A stretch of 54,891 nucleotides of DNA, the filler included, from Sphacelaria rigidula (taxonomy: Eukaryota), in the NCBI GenBank assembly GCA_964200075.2. It is 5 parts of 5 records of this genome, joined end to end, with 100 filler letters (N's around TTAATTAATTAA, not from the genome) between each part and the next. Parts side by side here need not be neighbours in the genome. Positions count along the whole stretch, not along the records: positions 43,995 to 54,891 come from CAXNAA020005719.1; 4 more parts are not named here. One strand, 5' to 3'. Made by a program: the position numbers and the translations under genes. The notes under the pieces were generated by a model. The model worked only from the letters and a program-made list of their open reading frames with translations. It had not been told where the DNA came from and searched no databases. Each line of letters opens with the position of its first letter. The stretch's first letter is position 1. This document shows positions 46,867 to 54,891 of this stretch, in pieces.

Positions 46867-49800
46867 TTGTAAAAAGAGTTGAGCCAGAAGCACCCTTGGC
46901 GCCGAAGTCGAATCGAGCAAATCTTCAAAACGTGCGCCCCCCGCTACTTCTGCCCAGCCTCCACTGCCCAGTGCTAGTGCAAACGCGGGCTTGTGCGAGG
47001 GAGTGGACGCCCGCAGATAGTGGGGAAGTGTCTTTGACCGTCGATACATACATGTAAAGTAGTAGCAGAGTTTGTCGTGTTGGGTTGGTGTTCGGGCTGA
47101 TAGGTTATGCAGTACATGACAATACAAGTACGGCAGTAGCAGCAGCTGCTTGTGGCTGACGGTACGGCGCAGCTTGTGCCTGCCCGACCGACTGGGTTGA
47201 CCAACACAAATAATTGCTGCGGCCTTGTCAAAGTACCGAAGTCACCCAATTGACGAAGGCATGGCAGCACCACACTGGGGGAGGCCACCGCCACCGCCAC
47301 TGCCTGCAACACGGCTGTAATAGTGTTAAAATATGCACGCACACCGAACGCACAAGGCTCTTCCTAAGATTCTACCTGAGGGATCTGGCGCCAAAAGAGC
47401 TAAGCGGACTGTGGTGCTTGCTGGTATTTTGATTAAAAAAAAAAACGAATGAGATCGAAACTTGTGAGACGTTGAAGCGAGCCCGGTTCGATTATATAGT
47501 GGTGTGTATTGCTCCGTTGCACCGGTTGTGGCAGTGAATACGCCATGACTCTCCGTGTGTGTAGAGTACTATATTGTATCAATTCCACGGTTCGGACGAA
47601 TCATCACCGGTTCGAATCACCAAATCTACGGTTTTCCGGGCCTGATTGCTCAATAAGGAGAAAAGAGTTGACCACGGGTCAAAAAGGTCTACCGGCAATT
47701 TTTGCTCCATTCCACGTGCTTGGGGTGCGCGTACCTGGGTTGCCAAGCTGAAGAGAAAGCATGAGGATTGATTCGTCCGGTACGAATCAATTACACTAAA
47801 ATCAAGTAATTCCCAGACGAATCATTTATCCGTCTGGACCTTGATCAGTTCGGTGCAGTCAACAAAGTGAATACGGTAAGAAACGTGCGCGGTTTTCACC
47901 TGACGTTGACTTATTGGTCACGATTTTGGAGTAGATTTTCCATGGGTACGGTCCGCTTTCAGTGTAGGAGTACGTTTCGTATGTACCGGTACCTAGGTTA
48001 TGAATGCGGTCCACTCGGGCATGCTACTGAAGAAATATCGCCCGATCCGTGGTATGCAAGAAAATTCGTCACGGTTCCTGCGTATCGTTTGTTGTCATAG
48101 AAAACACGACGTTTATCCTGCACACTCGAATATAACCTCTGCGGGCACAATCCCATGTCGATGAGCTTGTGTTGCCGTACAGGCTAGACTTCAGGTGTGC
48201 AGTCGTACCTACCCACCACGACGGCGTGCACGCACCAAGACATGGCTGAATGGATGAACATCATGTCACGCATGGCATATTGTCATCATCCGTCGTCCCA
48301 GCTCTGCGGGAGGAAATATTCGTTTGATGACGTTCTCCATGGTGTTGTAAACAAGGTTTGATCGACAGTAAACATCATCGGACGCGGGAGACAATCGTCC
48401 TGCCCACTAGCATTTTCCGGTTCTCACCATTTTGAAGCACAATTCTGACGCCCAGTACTCGTCTAGTGAAGCCAGCTGCCCGGCGATGCTCAGGGTCCCA
48501 TATACGTCCGTTCCGCCGAACGCCGCTATCAACTGCCCCGACCGGGCGGTGAAATAGAGAGAGATCAACATCAGTAGGAACTGAGGGGAAAGGCTTCTGT
48601 ACAAGTGCTGCAGACATATTGAAGGTATTACCGTGACGCAGGATCTCTTGTGGATACTGTGACGATTGGAAGAGTCGATGAAAACTAGATTCGAAATCGA
48701 AGCATACAAGGTTCGAAAAACTGGACGAAAAACTAGGCTGCCACAAAACAACCACATGGACTATTGAAGATGCACGGCAGTCAGAGGAGGGCGAGGCAAG
48801 GGAGGGGGTACTCATATTGCATGCCATCGTCATATGACCATTGACCTCGTATCCTTACAAAGCCGGGACGGAGCACGCCGGGTTTTAGTCGGACCAGGCT
48901 CGCAATCAATCACCAAGCGTGAAGCGCCGTGGTGTGTTTGGCGAGTGGCATGAAGGGTGAGCTGCATCCTGCCAAGACTGCTCCGCCCGGAGCCTACTGA
49001 TTATCTTGCATCTGGGTGACAGCCTACACGAGTTGCTCCATTTTCTGGTATCGCTACTTCCAGAGACAGCCACGGCTCATACACTGCCTCATGGGTGTCT
49101 CGCCATTCAACACCACGTATTAATAGCACGATCATCTTCTTTGCGCGGAATTGAGGTTCTCCTACGCCGCACAACATGATCTAGTTCGACTACCATAATG
49201 GTCACCTAAAAAAAAAGAGGCAAGTACGCAAAAGAAATCGGTAACCTGGCTGCCTAGCTTACGCAGTGAGTGCCGTGTTTTACAGCGTCATCGCCAACCG
49301 AGACCAACCCCATAGGGGGGTTTCCCCCTAGAAGGCCGGGATGTAGCACGCCGGGTTCTCGTCGGACCAGGCTAGAGTCTGGGGGAGAAAGGGGAGTGAA
49401 GGTATAAATGAAACGGTTTGGTACCTGTCTGCCGAGCCCGTCGACGAGCACTGGGACGGCTGAAACGGTCCTCGCTCCCTCGTCGGACAAGTTGCCCCGC
49501 ATGCTCTTCGCCGCTTGGGTCACCAAGTTCCTACAACGAAGAGAAATGAAGGGGATAAGCGGAAACGTACCAACGAACGGGAATATACCGAAACATCGAA
49601 AGAAAAAAAAAGAATAAATATATTGTGTCTTGAAAGAAAAAACACAAAAAAACTCAACAAAAGGTTTCGTCTCATGGTTCGTTCTACCAAAAGGTACCAG
49701 CGAGGCATTCTGATAGATATATTCACAATGTTCCATGGTACACTGCAAAAAAAAATGAATCTTGCACATGGCACCTTGCACGGCATTCCGACACTGACGA

Positions 49801-52800
49801 CATCGACGGCTCTGAAAGATGGATATAGTACATTCTACCGTACCGTACTTCTCCTTCCGGTGCTCTTCTGTAGGCACGTGTATTGAGTCGGCCACCTTGC
49901 AATGAGTATTGGCCACCCTTTTGCATTTTCAATTCGCCGCTTTTGGCGCGATGCTATTCCCAGTGTGTTGGTTCAGCAATACGGTTTAGTGACCCAACGC
50001 GAAAACAACCCATTGATTTGATTGATCGATTGCCGCACTTCAACTCATCTCCCAGGAGTCATGATCCAGGCATGCTCATCATCCACATGATAAACGTACT
50101 CTAGACACAACAGACCTGAAACACTCGCTGAAGAAAAAGTGAAGGACGACACAACAGGTAAAACCGACAGAGTAGACCAAGAATAAAAAGGGAAAAGAAA
50201 GGAAGGCTCGAGTAAAACCGTACATCTTGTACGCGACAACCGAGTGCCTCCTGTTGTAGGCGTGAAGTCAATTGATACCCGTCGTTCCTGTTCGTTCGTC
50301 ATGCTTTCGCTGCAAGAACTTCATCAACACACGGAGATCTTGCAGTCATCGTGGGAAGATCCGCAATTACACCGTGCTGGCCAATCAACGCTTGGCAGCT
50401 TCTGCGACAATTATTTAATCGAGTGCAGACCTTCTATACACAATATGTGTGTGCTGTCGTCCCATCCATTCTGGATGCCGGTCTACACCTTTCGGTATAT
50501 GTGGGCGCACCAGCCGGGTTCACACAGGAGAAAGGCCAACAGAGGAGTTTCCATTTTGTTTTGTTTCTTGTTGTAGTTTTCCACCTGCCTTCTGCGGTGC
50601 TTGCCTTTATTTTTCATGGAGAGAGGGGTCCCTTTCCCTCGTCGACCATTACGCCGAATTCAATACAACCGATCCACCAGATGTACGGCAGGTCAATGTT
50701 TCGGCTTGCCTGGTTGTGCGCGTCTGTTCAACTACCGAAAAAACAATCTGCACTTGGTTTCTACGGGGTACCACACGCCTCAGGGACAGCGAGCAATCTT
50801 CAGCGCGTGATATAATAGGGCCGGAGGTGTATCTTGCTGCTCAATAAACCACGAAATGCGCAACACACGCACACGCACGCACGCACACACACACACACAC
50901 ACACACGAACGCACGCACTACAAGAGTGCCGACGTTTTCCGCACGCAGCTGTGATACTGCTGACCTCAAACAAGTTTTATCGGACTGAGGTTAGGTCTCG
51001 AGTAAATGTCTCAACTTACACCCCTCATGAGGCTTGCGGGCGGCAACAGCGCTTATATCGCGACAGACAAACGTATGGATAACAAAATATCGAGGACAAG
51101 TGAGGTTGCAGTGTTTCGTCAGTACGAGTAAGAGATGGCTATATCCCCTCACTTTATGGATTCTTGCATCTCCGTCCCCACCACTTTCAACGCCACTTCC
51201 TTGGACACTCCAATCTCTTCCGCCTTCGTCTTCAGCGTCTACCCGGACAAACAGCGCAAACGTGCCGTGGAGAAAATGGCAAACAAGATGGACAGGTACA
51301 GCGACAACCAGACACGCACCCATGAAAGCACGCACCCACATAGGCCGGTCGACAGGCAGGCAAGCAGACATGCAGACGCACAGGCATGTGGACATGGACA
51401 GACAACCAAGGCACAAGGACGCGCAGACACGGGGAACACAATCAAGACGAAGTTAGCTCGCAAGGCTGCGCGAAACTCAACCGCAACAAACACAACAAAC
51501 ACACCGACCACAACAAAACCAGAGCTGGCTTCCGTCCGGCACTTGCGAAAACATTCAGCTTCGTGCAAGTCTTTCTGACACCCATTGACGATTCTTGTTA
51601 TTGTGAATCGGCATCATTTTCAGTCATTTTCACGTCAAAATGACGCCGATTCACAAAAAACAAAAATCGTCAACGGCTTCCCAGAGGGTTCATAAACTCT
51701 CTGGAAAAAGATGTGCTGATGCACGAGGTATTTCCTGCCTTCCGACATGAGCTTCACCCGTTCCCTGGAGGACGTTCTTGCTATCTCACGACTGCTTGCT
51801 TCTTCCAAACGAAAGTCCCACGCTCACCTCTAGCTCTTCAGCAGAGAGCACTTCATTCCGAAACAGCAATGTCGTCGAACCATCTGCTGCAGTTTCCTAA
51901 TAACAACACGCGAAACAATAGGTTGGGCGGTGGGGAGGCCGGCGTCGTACATATTTGTTGCTTGCCGTATCGTTTGACCATTAACCACGCGTCCCTTTCG
52001 AAACCGAGGACCGTTCCTACTCCTAATAGAGACACCTCCAACATTTGGGCGCTCAAGGAGGGGGGGAGGGGGGGAGGGGGGGCGTGCTCATTTGTTGCTC
52101 GCCTTAGTCGTTTGACCATTGACGACGAATCCTCTTCGAGACGGAGCAGGGGAGGAGGGGGGAAGGGGGGGGTGTACTCATGATCTTGCATGTCTCAGCC
52201 ATCAGACCATTGACGTCTCCGGGTACGCCTTCAGGTAATCAGCACACCAACTCGCTTGCGAGGTAAGGTTTAAGTTGTTTTTCCTTCTTTGGTCAAGTAA
52301 CAAGGAAAAAAAAGTGATTCTCTTCGGCCCATCAGGAACCCGTTCGATTTTGCGAAATATCTCTCCGCGCCCAGCTGCTACGTGCTCGTACCACTGTCAG
52401 TTGCGACGTCGTGTCATTTACCAAAATCACTTTTACTGACCTGAGAAGATTATCCTGTTCAAAACCGATACACACGTTGCTTCTTGGCAAAACCACTCGC
52501 CGTATGACTTGGAAAGATTCTCCCCATGAAAACAAGTCGCGCGAAACAATGACACGTGTGTCAACACCAATAAAGAGAAGGCGTATCGCTTCTTCCGCGA
52601 GACTCGCTCGCTCTACCTCATACTGGACACAACCCATGCACGGCTCAGTTAATAGTACGAATCCTTGAAAACGGTCGTCGAGGACAGTACGACGTATCAT
52701 ACGGACAAGTTTCACGAAGCATAAACAAAAATACTAACATACATATCGTATATTCCTGCAAGCTATGTCGGCATCCATACCCATTTGCGGACGTAATCCC

Positions 52801-53748
52801 TCAGCTCAGTCTCGAACATATCTCTGCTAACGACATCGAACGCCTGCTTCACGGCATCGTCTCCCATCTCTAGTACACCGCACATCTGTCCGTTTGGGCG
52901 CATGCACAAGAAGCAAGCCGGTGGGCATCGACGAAAAAAGAGTGTATCTGTTAGACCACTCGGCTAACGCAATGGCAATGAATTCATTTGTCCCTTCAGT
53001 GTTTTTCGGATACGCTATCGAAGTGTCTTGGCCAACAAAACATGAGAAACACGTCAGCACAACACGTATTCCTAGATTTCATTCTCAAAAAGGATTATAC
53101 ATATCGTCGAGCAGGGCCGGCTTGTATATATATATATATATAAATGTATATTCCGAAACGCTTTCCCACGTATGGTCAACGTGAAAATACTTCACCGAAA
53201 CAACACAAAACGTACAGTACCACCACCACACACAGTAACCACGCCAAGCGAGGGCTGCACTTCATACCTTAGAGCAACGAATGCACTACGAGAGGGGCCA
53301 GTATTGGATGGGCGTGCGGGTACCGCGTGGGTTCGTTCTCGCGGACACGAAATTCCAACGCTGCCGTTGCAGTAATCTCATTACTACGGTGGTATCTGTA
53401 AGCAAGACCCACTCCATTGAAAACATATGAACACCACGTCCGCCTACAGAATTCGAGTAAGATCCAACAAAATGACACTGAGGAGCGCCAATCCGGAAAT
53501 TACGAACTTTTACTCTGATTTTTCCGTTTCTTGGGAAGTCTCTCTTGCAACCACGGCTGGATCCCTTGTGGACGACGATCAGTTAATTTCCAACAATCAA
53601 GTTGAGCGATCAATCGTTGGAAGTGAGGGAAAAGGCGGTGCAATAAATGTACGCATTTCAACATTAAAGTATATGTTCAACAAAAGAATTGTGTCCTTAC
53701 CTCAACGGTGCTGGCAGTCGGGTCCCTCATGCCTGCCTGGATTAGCCT
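46867..53748 (-). CDS. Multi-exon gene of unknown function (predicted alpha-helical protein), partial model
   Basis: Phase-consistent GT-AG exons 52622-52568, 51886-51828, 51238-51153, 49530-49425, 48532-48428, 47303-47237 and 46973-46894 (or -46867) give YEVERASLAEEAIRLLFIADGSTTLLFRNEVLSAEELETLKTKAEEIGVSKEVALKVVGTEMQESIKNLVTQAAKSMRGN...LIAAFGGTDVYG...; possible upstream exon 53748-53701 (RLIQAGMRDPTASTVE). Start and stop not resolved. Confidence 0.6.
48800..49372 (-). mobile_element. ~465-bp-unit repeat element with LINE-like tail (intronic copy)
   Basis: Homologous to 20420-20982; CGGACCAGGC recurs at ~48890 and ~49363. Confidence 0.85.
50447..50650 (-). mobile_element. 5'-truncated copy of the tRNA-SINE
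   Basis: Reverse complement of ~13982-14185 (GGTCGACGAGGGAAAGGG...GGCAAGCACCGCAGAAGG...GGTGTAGACCGGC...GATGGGACGAC). Confidence 0.8.
50862..50918. repeat. (CA/CACG)n microsatellite
   Basis: Directly visible. Confidence 0.9.
51945..52216 (-). mobile_element. Cluster of three stacked retroelement 3' ends (two LINE-type, one 465-bp-family type) separated by G-runs
   Basis: 51947-52055 and 52084-52148 match 11001-11110; 52173-52216 matches the tail at 20430-20470. Confidence 0.85.
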
Positions 53749-54799
53749 CTGTAGCAGCATCGGCGTACAGGGGTAGCACAGAAGTGGAGAGTTGAGGGTG
53801 AGGGAGTTAACAGAGAAGCCCTTATGACTTATGGGTCAGCTAACTACTAGGATTGACTGGGATAACTCTGTACTCCTTAACCACGATGTAGGCACTCTAC
53901 ACCCTGAAAAACAGCGCCGTCAACAGCCGGTGCAACGTGCTCTACTCCACTAGTAGTAATGCCTCACACTGCAGAGCTCTCGATGGTTACGGCAGGAAGC
54001 AAGCTTCTATCCTTAAATTGATGACGAATGGCCCCATGGGCACAGCAGGTGGCCTTATACACTGTGCACCTGAACGGGATAAGGCAATTCGCACAATATT
54101 AAATATGTATCTTGCGAGCCACTGGATTTGTATCCACGAAGCTGTAGTGTAGGGTCAGCATTTGAATCAAGTACATGATCCGACCTAAAGTATGTTCTGC
54201 GTCTTGTAACAATCATAGCACTTCATACACGGCCGCCCACTGCACCGATATTGCGTACACAACCGTTACTCTACATTAACCAAACCAGTTTAGAGTCATG
54301 CAACGATGGACGGGGGAAGGGGGAGGAGGGGCTGATTTCACGAAAAAACGGGCTCAAAGGTGTGTCGGACAGCCCAACACCCTCGCGGTGCGCTTGTAAT
54401 TGGGTAAAAACGGTATCAAGCGGTATGAGTGAGCGGTGTTTATCGGTAACAAGCGCGTTCGAATAGCCGTTGCTGCTTTCAACGACGATTTTCAGTGGAA
54501 CCTCGTCAAAAAATGGCCCCAAACATCCCTCCCCCCCCCTACCGTAGCATGACTAGGGCAAGCAACAAATGAGTACGCCCCCTACCGTAGCATGACTCTT
54601 CAGTCAAAATTAATCTGGGCGAAGTTCGAGGTTTCGAATTCCGACAGTTACAAAGTCCTTTCTTGGTTTCCGTCACCTGTTAGCGTGATTACATGACCAG
54701 GGTGGAAAATAACAAATATACGAAGGATCTCGACGGGGTTACAAGAGTGCCCCTAATATGCTCGAAAAAGCAGTGCACCGCAAGTATCGGGAGAGGAAG

Positions 54800-54891
54800 A
54801 GGGAGGGGGGGTGTACTCATGATCATGCATGCCATAGTCGTAAGACCATTGATCTTGCATCCCTACAAAACCGGGACGGAGCACGCCGGGT
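54800..54891 (-). mobile_element. Tail of another 465-bp-family copy, cut by the window end
   Basis: GGGGGGTGTACTCATGATCATGCATGCC...GACCATTGA...CCCTACAAAACCGGGACGGAGCACGCCGGG. Confidence 0.85.

Overview
Eukaryotic, intron-rich, repeat-rich DNA whose gene and repeat style matches brown algae (Phaeophyceae, Ectocarpus-like); the taxon is an inference. The window is not one locus. It is five unlinked contigs of 10900, 10899, 10898, 10897 and 10897 bp joined by 100-bp N spacers containing TTAATTAATTAA. Contig 1 (1-10900): decayed Ty3/Gypsy element with nested insertions, a possible LINE relic and a mariner-type MITE. Contig 2 (11001-21899): LINE 3' end plus a head-to-head pair of apparently plastid-targeted genes (signal-peptide-peptidase-like and SPA/FIP-like Zn-finger), with an intronic foldback MITE and a tRNA-SINE. 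Contig 3 (22000-32897): a complete 13-exon gene (about 629 aa by my manual splicing) with one-LRR-per-72-nt exons in a 480-bp tandem array, fused to an unrecognised non-ROCO C-terminal region. Contig 4 (32998-43894): decayed Gypsy with gag-protease inverted relative to RT-RNaseH-integrase. Contig 5 (43995-54891): multi-exon minus-strand gene of unknown function. Across contigs, a LINE family ending in TGAGTAC plus a C-run shares its 3' end with a structured, tandemly repeated ~465-bp non-coding element. All calls are by eye; no searches were run.
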